Shown here: piece by piece, positions 8,278 to 16,851 of the stretch
Layout of the letters: every line of letters starts with the position of its first letter
Position numbering within the stretch: the stretch's first letter is position 1
Source: Nitrospirota bacterium
GTDB taxonomy: Bacteria > Nitrospirota > Thermodesulfovibrionia > Thermodesulfovibrionales > Dissulfurispiraceae
Reading direction: 5' to 3'
Assembly: GCA_963710375.1 (NCBI GenBank)
Contig: CAVPZX010000007.1
Location: forward strand, 22,826-86,825
DNA length: 64,000 bases
Translations under genes and position numbers: made by a program
The notes under the pieces: generated by a model
Database searches by the model: none
Seen by the model: only the letters and a program-made list of their open reading frames with translations
Told to the model about the DNA's origin: nothing

Positions 8278-8802
8278 CTATTCGTTTTCGAGGCGTGTCA
8301 GTGTGGCCCTTATGTCAGGCGAGTCCCATTGCAGCGGACCTACTACGTGGTGTTTGAGGGTACCTTTCTTATCTATAATAAAGGTTTCAGGCACGCCGGT
8401 AATGCCGTAAAGCTTGGCTGTGTCGCTGGTATCGATGAGTACGGGAAAAGCAAAACCTTTCGCTTTCAGGTACTCAAGCGCTTTTTCCTGGCCGTCATTG
8501 TAAAGCACAGATATAAAAATCAGCTTGCTATTGCCTTTTTCGATGTCGATCAGGCTCTGAATAGAGGGAAGTTCTTCCTTGCACGTTTCACACCAGGAGG
8601 CCCAAAAATTCAGAAGTACCACTCTTCCCCTGAGATCGGCAAGCCTCCACAGCTTGCCGTCAGTGTCTTTAAGCTCGAAGGCAGGTGCCTCAAGGCCGAC
8701 CGCTGCCTTGCTGACAGGATGTTCCCGGTTTTTTAAAGCTAAGATGATTCCGATAACGCCAAGAACCAGAATAACTGCGAGAATGACCCCTTTCGATTTC
8801 AC
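8278..8802 (-). CDS. TlpA/ResA-like periplasmic thiol:disulfide oxidoreductase (redoxin)
   Basis: N-terminal membrane anchor, FWASWCETCKEELP (CxxC) motif, thioredoxin-fold length. Confidence 0.85.
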   Translation of the reverse strand: MKSKGVILAVILVLGVIGIILALKNREHPVSKAAVGLEAPAFELKDTDGKLWRLADLRGRVVLLNFWASWCETCKEELPSIQSLIDIEKGNSKLIFISVLYNDGQEKALEYLKAKGFAFPVLIDTSDTAKLYGITGVPETFIIDKKGTLKHHVVGPLQWDSPDIRATLTRLENE

Positions 8803-8817
8803 AGACTCAGGGCTCGC

Positions 8818-10872
8818 CTAATTTACCGAAACGAGCATCGAGGTCTCGGCTTCTTTAAAAACCAGCTTGTCCTCCTCTAACACGACTGTCACTAAGGAAG
8901 TATTCTTGAACTTGTTCTTAATGAGGTCTTCTGAAAGAGGGTCCTCAATTTCACGGTAAATCGCCCTGCGCATAGGCCGGGCCCCATATGTAGGCTGATA
9001 ATATTTGTTGAGCAGCCATTCCTTGACCTCTGGAGACACATCGACCGTCAAAGCGTGTTCGGCCAGCTTCTTATTGGTTTCAACAAGCAGCAGATCGATA
9101 ATAGACAGCAGATGTTCCTTCTCCAGTTGGTGGAAGACCACAGTCTCGTCGACACGGTTCAGGAATTCGGGATTAAAGGTCTTCTTGAGTTCGGACAACA
9201 CATTTTCTTTGATCTTATCATACGCACTATCGGAAGTTACGTTGTGAAAGCCTAGCGGTGTTGCCTTTTCGATGATCCGTGCTCCGAGGTTGGAGGTCAT
9301 AATAATAATAGTGTTTCTGAAATCGATCTTCCTCCCGTAACTATCCGTAAGAACACCCTCGTCAAGGATCTGCAACAGCGTATTGAACACATCCTGATGC
9401 GCCTTCTCGATCTCATCAAAAAGTATTACGGAATAGGGCCGCTTCCTGATTTTCTCGGTCAGCTGTCCACCTTCCTCATAGCCCACATAGCCCGGAGGCG
9501 AGCCTGTCAGTCGCGACACGTTGAAACGCTCCATATATTCCGACATATCGACTTTAACAAGAGCGCTTTCATCGTTGAACATGAACTCGGCAAGGGCCTT
9601 TGCAAGCTCTGTTTTGCCGACGCCGGTGGGTCCCAGGAAGAAGAACGAGCCGATAGGCCTGTTTTTGCTCTTCAGTCCGGCACGCGATCTGCGGATAGCC
9701 CGGGCAACAGCCCTTAACCCTTCATCTTGTCCTATAATACGCTGGTGAAGGACTTCTTCCATTTTCAAAAGCTTCTCCGATTCAGTCTCTTCAAGCTTGT
9801 GCAAAGGGATGCCGGTCATTTTTGAAACAGTATAGGAGACATCCTCCTCACTCACAGATGGAATCTCTTTGGACAATGAGTCCTTCCATTTCTTATATTG
9901 AAGCTCGTAGGTCTTTTTCAGCTTGTCTTCCTCTGCCCTGACGGTCTGGGCCTTGTCGATATCGTGCAGACGGACATAGAGGCTTTTTTCTTTCGAAAGC
10001 TGGATCAGCTCGGTCTCCATGTCTCTCAATTCCTGCGGCATGGTTGCCCTTTTGAGCTTGATTCTCGATCCGGTTTCATCTATTACATCGATTGCCTTGT
10101 CAGGGAGAAACCTGTCGGTAATATACCTGTCGGATAACTTAACGGCAGCCACTACCGATTCGTCACTAATCTTGACTTTATGGTGCTCTTCATAACGGGG
10201 CCGTAAACCCTTCAGGATATCTATAGTCGTTTCAGCGGCAGGAGGCTGGATGTATATTGACTGGAACCTGCGTTCCAGCGCCCCGTCCTTCTCGATATAC
10301 TTTCTGTACTCGGAGGGCGTTGTCGCTCCGATGCACTGCATCTCACCCCTTGACAGGGCGGGTTTCAACATATTGGAGGCATCGACCGATCCTTCAGCCG
10401 CACCTGCTCCGATAAGCGTGTGGAACTCATCGATAAAGATAATAATATTTTCGGACTGGAGAATTTCACGCATAACGGCCTTGAGCCTTTCTTCAAACTG
10501 TCCCCGATATTTTGTGCCCGCAATAAGGGCGCCGAGATCCAGCGAAATAATTCTCTTGCCCAATAGGCTGTCAGGCACATCGCCTAAAACGATTTTCTGG
10601 GCGAGACCCTCAACAATTGCGGTCTTGCCGACGCCGGGTTCGCCGATGATGGCAGGATTATTTTTTATCCTCCTGCCCAAGATTTGCAGCACCCTCTCTA
10701 TTTCATCCTCACGGCCTATCACAGGATCAAGTTTCCCTTCTATCGCAAGCAAGGTCAAGTCCCTGCCAAATTCGTCCAGGGCAGGAGTATTGGTTTTCCG
10801 CCGCTCTTTCTGGTTTGGCTGCTGGAACTGCGGTTTAATAGCAAGGTTAATAGTGAGCCTGCCTGGCAGCAA
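8818..10872 (-). CDS. clpC: ClpC-type AAA+ chaperone, D1/M/D2 part. It is separated from its N-domain by a frame change.
   Basis: Contains GEPGVGKTAIVEGLA (D1 Walker A), a short ClpC-type middle domain, GPTGVGKTELAKALA (D2 Walker A) and YGARPMRRAI. The ORF only opens with a TTG at 10872. Confidence 0.85.
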   Translation of the reverse strand: MLPGRLTINLAIKPQFQQPNQKERRKTNTPALDEFGRDLTLLAIEGKLDPVIGREDEIERVLQILGRRIKNNPAIIGEPGVGKTAIVEGLAQKIVLGDVPDSLLGKRIISLDLGALIAGTKYRGQFEERLKAVMREILQSENIIIFIDEFHTLIGAGAAEGSVDASNMLKPALSRGEMQCIGATTPSEYRKYIEKDGALERRFQSIYIQPPAAETTIDILKGLRPRYEEHHKVKISDESVVAAVKLSDRYITDRFLPDKAIDVIDETGSRIKLKRATMPQELRDMETELIQLSKEKSLYVRLHDIDKAQTVRAEEDKLKKTYELQYKKWKDSLSKEIPSVSEEDVSYTVSKMTGIPLHKLEETESEKLLKMEEVLHQRIIGQDEGLRAVARAIRRSRAGLKSKNRPIGSFFFLGPTGVGKTELAKALAEFMFNDESALVKVDMSEYMERFNVSRLTGSPPGYVGYEEGGQLTEKIRKRPYSVILFDEIEKAHQDVFNTLLQILDEGVLTDSYGRKIDFRNTIIIMTSNLGARIIEKATPLGFHNVTSDSAYDKIKENVLSELKKTFNPEFLNRVDETVVFHQLEKEHLLSIIDLLLVETNKKLAEHALTVDVSPEVKEWLLNKYYQPTYGARPMRRAIYREIEDPLSEDLIKNKFKNTSLVTVVLEEDKLVFKEAETSMLVSVN

Positions 10873-11269
10873 GAAGGTTTGCTCCCAGATTTCTTATTAC
10901 TTTTCCGGCAACGCCTTCGTCCTCCCTTACTATACCCAGAAGAAGGTGCTCACTGCCGATATAGTTATGGCCCAGAAGCCTGGCTTCTTCAATAGCTAGC
11001 TCAAGTACCTTCTTTGCGCGGGGAGTAAAGGGGATGTCGCCGAACGTAAGGAGACTGCCTCCAATAGGAAGGTTTTTTTCGACTTCGAACTTTATCTCAT
11101 CAACAGTAAGCCCCATTTTTTTTATGATGGTAATGGGAATACTGTCTTCCTCTCTTAATATCGCCAGCAGAAGATGTTCGGTACCCAGGTAGTCGTTATT
11201 GCGCCTTTCCGCCTCTTCCTTAGCATATATGATGATTTTCCTGCCTCTTTCTGTAAACTTTTCAAACAT
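10847..11269 (-). CDS. clpC: Clp N-terminal repeat domain (Clp_N x2), encoded as a separate 140-aa ORF
   Basis: MFEKFTERGRKIIIYAKEEAERRNNDYLGTEHLLLAILRE ... IGSEHLLLGIVRE is the canonical Clp_N repeat pair. It ends at a TAA that overlaps the downstream ORF by 26 nt in another frame. Confidence 0.8.
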   Translation of the reverse strand: MFEKFTERGRKIIIYAKEEAERRNNDYLGTEHLLLAILREEDSIPITIIKKMGLTVDEIKFEVEKNLPIGGSLLTFGDIPFTPRAKKVLELAIEEARLLGHNYIGSEHLLLGIVREDEGVAGKVIRNLGANLLAARQAHY

Positions 11270-11367
11270 TTTTTCTCTCCTTGCAAATCACGCCTGTTAA
11301 ATATCAACCCTTAAAAAAATTCTACTCTTTGTACAGCGTTAATGTCAACTAAACCGCCAATTCGCTT

Positions 11368-11450
11368 AAAATTTTGAATGCTGAATGCTAAATTTTGAAT
11401 TAATGAAAAAGTCCATAATTTATCATTTAAAATTCAACATTCAACATTTC
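11368..11450. repeat. Word-repeat hairpin element, TGAATGY words
   Basis: ttgaatgctgaatgc..ttttgaatt (11374-11401) faces aaaattcaacattcaacattt (11429-11448). The complementarity is imperfect. Confidence 0.4.
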
Positions 11451-11493
11451 TTTGTTCTTGTATTCTTCTTTACCTATTATATATCTTTAAAGC

Positions 11494-13464
11494 ATGTATG
11501 TAAACGTGGTCTTTCCACTGAAAATACCTCCCCTTACTTATAAGGCCCCTTACGGAGCGCCTGCTGATCTTAGAGGAAGAATAGTACGGGCTCCGCTGAT
11601 GGGGAGAAGCATCCGCGGTCTTGTCATGAGCACCAGCGAAAAGCCGGAAATGCTGATAAAAAAAGATATCAGGGAGATCCAGGAAATTTATCAAAATGTT
11701 ATGTCAACCAGCGGCATTGCATTTCTGCAATGGCTGGCAGACTACTATCTCACTCCCGTGGGCACAGCTCTCAGAAGCAGTTTTTTTGAAGAGATTGCAT
11801 CCATAGTGACGCAAGGGACAGAAGAGCAGGCGGCTGAGGGCGGGCCGGGGGGACATGCTATAATTCCGTGCGAATCTGCAGATAATGCCGCGGTATCAGC
11901 TATCTGCACAAGCATCAGCAAGCATGGATACCGCTCATTCCTTTACCGCGCAGAGTCCTCAGGCGAAGAGAGAGCATTATTAATCTCGGCACTGACGCGT
12001 TTGAAGGACTCTCTTCGTCATGCGGTCATACTCGCGCCTGAAATTGCGCACCTGGAGTACATCGTATCACCCCTCAAAGACCTTTTCGGTGAGCGTGTTT
12101 GTGTGCTACACAGTAAACTTTCGAGAAAAGAGACTGCAGCTGCACTCAAAAGAATCATCACAGATGTATCGGACATTGTTGTCGGGACGCGTTCCGCTAT
12201 CCTTGCGCCTCTCAGGAAGGTTTCATTTATAGCAGTGCTGGCCGAGCACAGCCGTTCATATAAGGCGGAAGAGGGGCTCAGATACAGCGGAAGGGACATA
12301 GCTGTCATGAGGGGGTTTCACGAAAAGGCATGCGTTCTTCTTTCTTCAATCTGTCCGTCGGTGGAATCTGTATATAATGTGAGTGTCGGCAAATATGTGA
12401 TGCTTGAAAATGATAGACATATGTCGAAAGAGGGGCGTGCAGAACGACCTAAAATAAAAATTATCGCTATGGGCGGCGCAAGGGGCGACCGTATGATTTT
12501 GGCCTCTGAACCCATTAAGGAAGCCAAACGCCTTGCCTCGCTGAATGAGCGGTTCCTTTTTCTGTCGAGCAGGAAAGGCTATTCGTTGCTGCGCTGTGAG
12601 GATTGCGGATTTGTGGAGCGGTGCGGGTTATGTGATGTGCCTCTTGTGTTTCATAAGGGAGAGGACGTCCTGAAATGCCAGTACTGTGGGTCCGCAGAGA
12701 AAAGCTCTGTATCGTGCAGTCAGTGCGGAGGAACCGCGATAGGGGCTTATGGCGCCGGCACTGAGAGGGTCAAAGAGCAGGTCGAGAAATTGCTGAAAGC
12801 CGAGGCCCTGCTTGTTGAAAAAGGCAGGTCTGTTGGCCGTGTCATCACTGAGGACGGGGATGACCTTGCTGCACTCGTGGTCGGCACCTCTTATGCAAAG
12901 GGTCTGGCTTACAAAAAAAGTGCCGAGCAAAGGCCATTTGGCGCAGCTGCTTTTCTTAATACGGACGCACTCCTTTTACAGCCGGACTTCCGGCTCTACG
13001 AGAGGGCGTTTCAGGAGATAATTACAGTTGCCCAGCTAGTCAAGAGGGACGGCACTGTATTTCTTCAGACGAAAATGCCTCAGAACAATGTATTGCGTTT
13101 TATCAGGGCCTATGATTTCGACGGCTTTTACCGTTATGAGCTGGAACAGCGGAAAGCTTTTAATAATCCTCCTTATACGAAGCTCGTACTTTTTACTGTA
13201 CCTTTCCAGGACGTTCAGAAAGAGCCGGGACGGGTGCTGGACGAAATGCAACGTGCCGCAGGCGCACTAAGCTCCGGAACTGTGGAAGTCCTTGGTCCTG
13301 TGGAACTCCCGTATCATTCAAAGAAATATCACCGCTGCATACAGTTGCTTTTGAAGTCAAAGGACAGAAATGCGCTGCACGATGCGGCCAGGGCTGTGCT
13401 GAAGGGACTTGGGAAGATAAAAGGCGCAAAAATAGTTGTGGAAGTTGACCCTCTGAAAATCTAA
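11494..13464 (+). CDS. priA: Primosomal protein N' (PriA) homolog with degenerate ATPase motifs
   Basis: N-terminal YVNVVFPLKIPPLTYKAP ... GRIVRAPLMGRSIRGLV (3' DNA-binding domain). Cys-rich region CEDCG..CGLCD..CQYCG..CSQCGG. The Walker A, DExH and motif VI positions are substituted (see findings). Confidence 0.85.
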   Translation: MYVNVVFPLKIPPLTYKAPYGAPADLRGRIVRAPLMGRSIRGLVMSTSEKPEMLIKKDIREIQEIYQNVMSTSGIAFLQWLADYYLTPVGTALRSSFFEEIASIVTQGTEEQAAEGGPGGHAIIPCESADNAAVSAICTSISKHGYRSFLYRAESSGEERALLISALTRLKDSLRHAVILAPEIAHLEYIVSPLKDLFGERVCVLHSKLSRKETAAALKRIITDVSDIVVGTRSAILAPLRKVSFIAVLAEHSRSYKAEEGLRYSGRDIAVMRGFHEKACVLLSSICPSVESVYNVSVGKYVMLENDRHMSKEGRAERPKIKIIAMGGARGDRMILASEPIKEAKRLASLNERFLFLSSRKGYSLLRCEDCGFVERCGLCDVPLVFHKGEDVLKCQYCGSAEKSSVSCSQCGGTAIGAYGAGTERVKEQVEKLLKAEALLVEKGRSVGRVITEDGDDLAALVVGTSYAKGLAYKKSAEQRPFGAAAFLNTDALLLQPDFRLYERAFQEIITVAQLVKRDGTVFLQTKMPQNNVLRFIRAYDFDGFYRYELEQRKAFNNPPYTKLVLFTVPFQDVQKEPGRVLDEMQRAAGALSSGTVEVLGPVELPYHSKKYHRCIQLLLKSKDRNALHDAARAVLKGLGKIKGAKIVVEVDPLKI

Positions 13465-13481
13465 TTTCCCTCAGCATACAT

Positions 13482-13536
13482 CGCGTCGAAAAATATAAGG
13501 AAGGCAGGAGAAGGGTAGCACTTGTTTTTCGACGCG
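13482..13536. repeat. Perfect 12-bp inverted repeat (hairpin) downstream of priA
   Basis: cgcgtcgaaaaa (13482-13493) pairs with tttttcgacgcg (13525-13536), with a 31-nt loop. No T-run follows. Confidence 0.5.
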
Positions 13537-13542
13537 CTGAAA

Positions 13543-13640
13543 GAGTGAATAGTGAAAGGTGAATGGTGAATAGTTAAAAGCTAAAGATTTTTTGTTTTAC
13601 GTTTTTCCTTGAGCCGTTGACGATTCACTATTCACCTCTC
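13543..13640. repeat. Word-repeat hairpin element, GTGAAWR words (7-nt period)
   Basis: gagtgaatagtgaaaggtgaatggtgaatag (13543-13573) faces cgattcactattcacctctc (13621-13640). About 17 of 20 positions are complementary. Confidence 0.6.
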
Positions 13641-13641
13641 T

Positions 13642-14349
13642 TTATTTGTAGAATTTCAGCAACTTCTCAGCTGGGATGCCCATGGAATATAGTGTTATCA
13701 GTGCCCAGTTTCTCAATGTACAGTAAATTACACCTTCTTTTTCCCATCTGCGGGGCGAGGTCCTAACTTTTTCTGAGATAATATAAATTTTGTCCCCCCT
13801 TCTTTTTATCCGCCGCATCAGTTCTACATCTTCCATTAATGGTATCTCCTTAAAATCACCTATCGAATGAAAATAATCCTTACTTATGAATATTGCCTGG
13901 TCGCCGTAAGGTGCGCCTGTAAGGCGGGAACGCAGGGAGGCCGCAATTTCGATTAACCTGAAAATGGGCCTTTTGGATTTTATGCCTAAATCAAAGGCCC
14001 CACCCACGAAGTCTCCTTTCCGCATGACCGAGGAGATTTTATTCAGCGCATTTTTCGGCAGTTCCGTGTCTGCATGCAAAAAAAGCAATATGTCTCCGCG
14101 GGCATTAATCGCACCTTGATTCATCTGATGCGCCCGTCCTTTTTTGCCGAGGATTTTTCGTACTTCACTCTTCTCGATGGCGCTTAGGGTTTCTCCATCA
14201 GGACTGCCATCGACGACTATAACTTCCACCTCTCCATCAAATGGCAGGTCAAAAATGCTGCCGATGGCCTCATTGATCATCGTTTCCTCATGCAGCACAG
14301 GAACAATAATCGAGATTCTATAGTTAGTGTGTGCGCTCTGTGGTTTCAT
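13642..14349 (-). CDS. Family-2 glycosyltransferase (TIGR04283-like)
   Basis: ISIIVPVLHEETMINEAIGSI ... VEVIVVDGSPDGET ... LLFLHADTELP. Confidence 0.8.
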   Translation of the reverse strand: MKPQSAHTNYRISIIVPVLHEETMINEAIGSIFDLPFDGEVEVIVVDGSPDGETLSAIEKSEVRKILGKKGRAHQMNQGAINARGDILLFLHADTELPKNALNKISSVMRKGDFVGGAFDLGIKSKRPIFRLIEIAASLRSRLTGAPYGDQAIFISKDYFHSIGDFKEIPLMEDVELMRRIKRRGDKIYIISEKVRTSPRRWEKEGVIYCTLRNWALITLYSMGIPAEKLLKFYK

Positions 14350-14965
14350 TTTTTCCCTTGCTTTTTAATAGCAACAACAGATCATCAAAGGTATCGACAT
14401 CATTTAATACTCTCAGGACATGAACACTGAGGCCGGATTTCCCCAAAACTTTCATTGTTTGACGAAACACGGAATCAGTGCTCCATTCAATCCCCTGAAA
14501 AATATCAGGCAGAAAGGAGGTCTTGTTAAAGCCTATTAAATAATATCCTCCGTCATGAGCAGGGCCGATTACCGAGTCGCTGGAATCGAGGGCCTTAAAC
14601 GCTTCATTAATTAATGAAATTGACAGATCGGGAATATCACTGCCGACGAGCAAAACTTTTTCAATGCCGTCTGAAAAGGCCTGAACAAAAGCACTCCACA
14701 TTCTTTCGCCGAGATCTCTCCCTTGTTGAGGAGCATAGTAAAACGAATCCCCCAGCCAGCTTTTGATAATTTCGCCGGATTCGGGCGGATAAAAGCAAAG
14801 CCTGAAAAGATAGTTACCGTCCTTCAGGCCTTCCAAAGTGTTGAATGCGAGGCATTTATAGACATCAAGCGCCGCATCTTCACCAATTGCCTTTGCCAGG
14901 CGGGATTTAACTTTTCCCTTTTCAGGTGATTTTATGAATAGCAGGACTGCTGAACGGTCAGACAT
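14324..14965 (-). CDS. DUF2064 (TIGR04282-like) nucleotidyltransferase-fold protein
   Basis: LLFIKSPEKGKVKSRLAKAIGEDAALDVYKCL ... GSDIPDLS ... GPAHDGGYYLIG. I chose the start at 14965 (MSDRSAV) because the longer ORF-track N-terminus (..SVFSVV..) reads through a repeat element. Confidence 0.75.
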   Translation of the reverse strand: MSDRSAVLLFIKSPEKGKVKSRLAKAIGEDAALDVYKCLAFNTLEGLKDGNYLFRLCFYPPESGEIIKSWLGDSFYYAPQQGRDLGERMWSAFVQAFSDGIEKVLLVGSDIPDLSISLINEAFKALDSSDSVIGPAHDGGYYLIGFNKTSFLPDIFQGIEWSTDSVFRQTMKVLGKSGLSVHVLRVLNDVDTFDDLLLLLKSKGKNETTERTH

Positions 14966-14980
14966 ATTTTCCAAAAAATA

Positions 14981-15054
14981 AACCACAGAGAACACAGAGC
15001 TTCTTGGGTTTTTTTTCTGTATCAATAAAGAATCTCTCTGTGAACTCTGCGGTT
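14981..15054. repeat. Word-repeat hairpin element, ACACAGAG words
   Basis: aaccacagagaacacagag (14981-14999) faces ctctctgtgaactctgcggtt (15034-15054). Confidence 0.6.
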
Positions 15055-15073
15055 AAGTTATTTTGAAGCATTT

Positions 15074-15607
15074 TTATTTCTTAAACAGTTTCAGGTACGT
15101 TCCATACCCCTCCTTTTCAAGGGCCTCTTTTGGAATGAAACGAAGTGCTGCCGAGTCCAGGCAGTAACGCTTATGGGTTGGAGGAGGGCCGTCATCAAAA
15201 ACATGCCCTAGATGCGAGTCAGCGTAAAAGCTCCTCACCTCTTTCCTTTTTGTAAAGAAAGTCCAGTCGTCTTTATAAACAATATTTCCAGGTTCCAGAG
15301 GTTTTGTGAAGCTCGGCCATCCGGTGCCTGAATCATACTTGTCAGTTGAAATGAATAGTGGTTCGCCCGAGACAATGTCTACATAGATACCCTCCTTTTT
15401 GTTGTCCCAATATTCGTTGTGGAACGCAGGCTCGGTGTCATTTTTTTGCGTAACATTGTACTGCATCGGCGTCAATATTTTCTTCAGTTCTTCCTGTGAA
15501 GGCTTCACGAAACCCTTGTCATTTCTTTCAGTGTCGGCTGCATGAGCGGACTGCATAAATATCACCCCCAATATAATCATTAGGCACGGTATCATTCTAC
15601 GGAACAT
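15074..15607 (-). CDS. msrB: Peptide-methionine (R)-S-oxide reductase MsrB, secreted form
   Basis: Signal peptide, then [28 protein letters not shown] ... [10 protein letters not shown] ... [11 protein letters not shown]. Confidence 0.9.
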   Translation of the reverse strand: MFRRMIPCLMIILGVIFMQSAHAADTERNDKGFVKPSQEELKKILTPMQYNVTQKNDTEPAFHNEYWDNKKEGIYVDIVSGEPLFISTDKYDSGTGWPSFTKPLEPGNIVYKDDWTFFTKRKEVRSFYADSHLGHVFDDGPPPTHKRYCLDSAALRFIPKEALEKEGYGTYLKLFKK

Positions 15608-15677
15608 AATTGTTCAGCCTCCTTTTTGTGCTTCCTATATATAATGATAGCACGGATCTACAACAAACTAAAGGGCT

Positions 15678-15728
15678 GTGAATAGTGGATAAAGACAGTG
15701 AAAGGTGAATAGTGAATGGTGAAAAAGG
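15678..15728. repeat. Word-repeat element, GTGAAWR words, purine arm only
   Basis: gtgaatagtggataaagacagtgaaaggtgaatagtgaatggtgaaaaagg. It uses the same words as 13543-13573. Confidence 0.5.
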
Positions 15729-15759
15729 AAACGAGCAAAAAAGCAGTGAACTGATTGAT

Positions 15760-15788
15760 TTGACAACACCGGCTTAATCTGCTATACA
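15760..15788 (+). promoter_or_regulatory. Candidate sigma-70 promoter for the 15835 gene
   Basis: TTGACA (15760-15765), 17-nt spacer, TATACA (15783-15788). Confidence 0.4.
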
Positions 15789-15834
15789 TTTGTATAACCA
15801 GCGCTGATGAATTAACAGGAAGCAGACAAAATAC

Positions 15835-16179
15835 ATGGAGGACATGGGCATGAGTTTTAACAAATATACTTATTTATTTTTATTTGCTGTCGTTTTTTTA
15901 TGCGGAGGCTTTATTTATTCTTCAGTATCAGCAGAAGAGCCTAAAGATAAGTCTACTCTTGAGAAAAACAAAACAGAGATACTTAACGATATCGAGCTAT
16001 TTGAGCATAGTGCGCACAGTACCAGGAGTTGTGTATCCGAAGCCAAAACCCCTGAGGAATTGAGGCGTTGTCCTACAGAGGAATCAATACAGAAATATCA
16101 AAGAATTCAGGATGACCTGTTAGAAATAGGGATGACCCCTGATGAAAGAAGAATGTTCGAACTAAGACCACAGAGGTGA
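15835..16179 (+). CDS. Small secreted hypothetical protein
   Basis: 114-aa ORF with an N-terminal hydrophobic signal (YLFLFAVVFLCGGFIYSSVSA). No known motif. Confidence 0.45.
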   Translation: MEDMGMSFNKYTYLFLFAVVFLCGGFIYSSVSAEEPKDKSTLEKNKTEILNDIELFEHSAHSTRSCVSEAKTPEELRRCPTEESIQKYQRIQDDLLEIGMTPDERRMFELRPQR

Positions 16180-16260
16180 ACAAAGCTTTTTTTCACACTC
16201 CTCAGGAAATTGCACGGCGTAACCTTTTGATTGTTTATATCGACTATATAATTAAAAAAT

Positions 16261-16360
16261 AAGGCAAAGGTTAAGGTTAAGGTTAAGAATGTAGGCAAGA
16301 CTTCTTAATATCTTTTTTGCTTTCAGTCCATCTTTCTCAACCTTAACCTTTGCCTCAACC
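16261..16360. repeat. Word-repeat hairpin element, AAGGTT words (6-nt period)
   Basis: aggcaaaggttaaggtt (16262-16278) is perfectly complementary to aaccttaacctttgcct (16339-16355). Confidence 0.7.
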
Positions 16361-16380
16361 TGCTGTTATAAGGAGAAGTT

Positions 16381-16851
16381 ATGAAAACAAGAATATATTT
16401 CACAATATTAGCCCTGGGACTTTTGATGGTCTGTTTTGCGTCAGCCCAGCGGGTCCAGGCCGCGCTTGGCGGTTCTGTCAACTCGATCGAATCGGACAGA
16501 AAAGCAATGTCTGCAGTAAATAGAGGCGTGACAGCCGGCAATGGTTACACGGTCCAGGAGATATACTCGCCATCCAACACAGTGCGGGAATACGTTTCGC
16601 CATCAGGTATTGTATTCGGAATTGCCTGGAACGGGCTGGTCTACCCTGATGTCACTCAGCTTTTGGGCTCCTATACAGACGAATATCAGAAAGCCCTGCA
16701 GCAGACCCCGCGTCAAAAAGGCAGCAGGCACCTGCGGGTGAAGTCGGCCGGTGCTGTTGTCGAGCAGTGGGGACATATGAGGGACCTGAGGGGCAGGGCC
16801 TATGCCCCGGCCTTGATCCCGCCTGGCGTGAGCATTGATGAAATCAAGTAG
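16381..16851 (+). CDS. DUF2844-like secreted protein
   Basis: Signal peptide MKTRIYFTILALGLLMVCFASA. The body resembles what I recall as DUF2844 (..YTVQEI..VREYVSPSGIVFGIAWNG..). It overlaps the next gene by 17 nt. Confidence 0.55.
   Translation: MKTRIYFTILALGLLMVCFASAQRVQAALGGSVNSIESDRKAMSAVNRGVTAGNGYTVQEIYSPSNTVREYVSPSGIVFGIAWNGLVYPDVTQLLGSYTDEYQKALQQTPRQKGSRHLRVKSAGAVVEQWGHMRDLRGRAYAPALIPPGVSIDEIK

Noticed and set aside
10250-10999. 249-aa + strand ORF
   Set aside because: It is antisense to clpC, is Ser/Pro/Ile-rich, and has no motif. The clpC frame carries unmistakable AAA+ signatures.
13543-16360. Tandem short repeats as a possible CRISPR array
   Set aside because: The units are 6-8 nt with no unique spacers. 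The arms are inverted rather than direct at the element level, and there are no cas genes.
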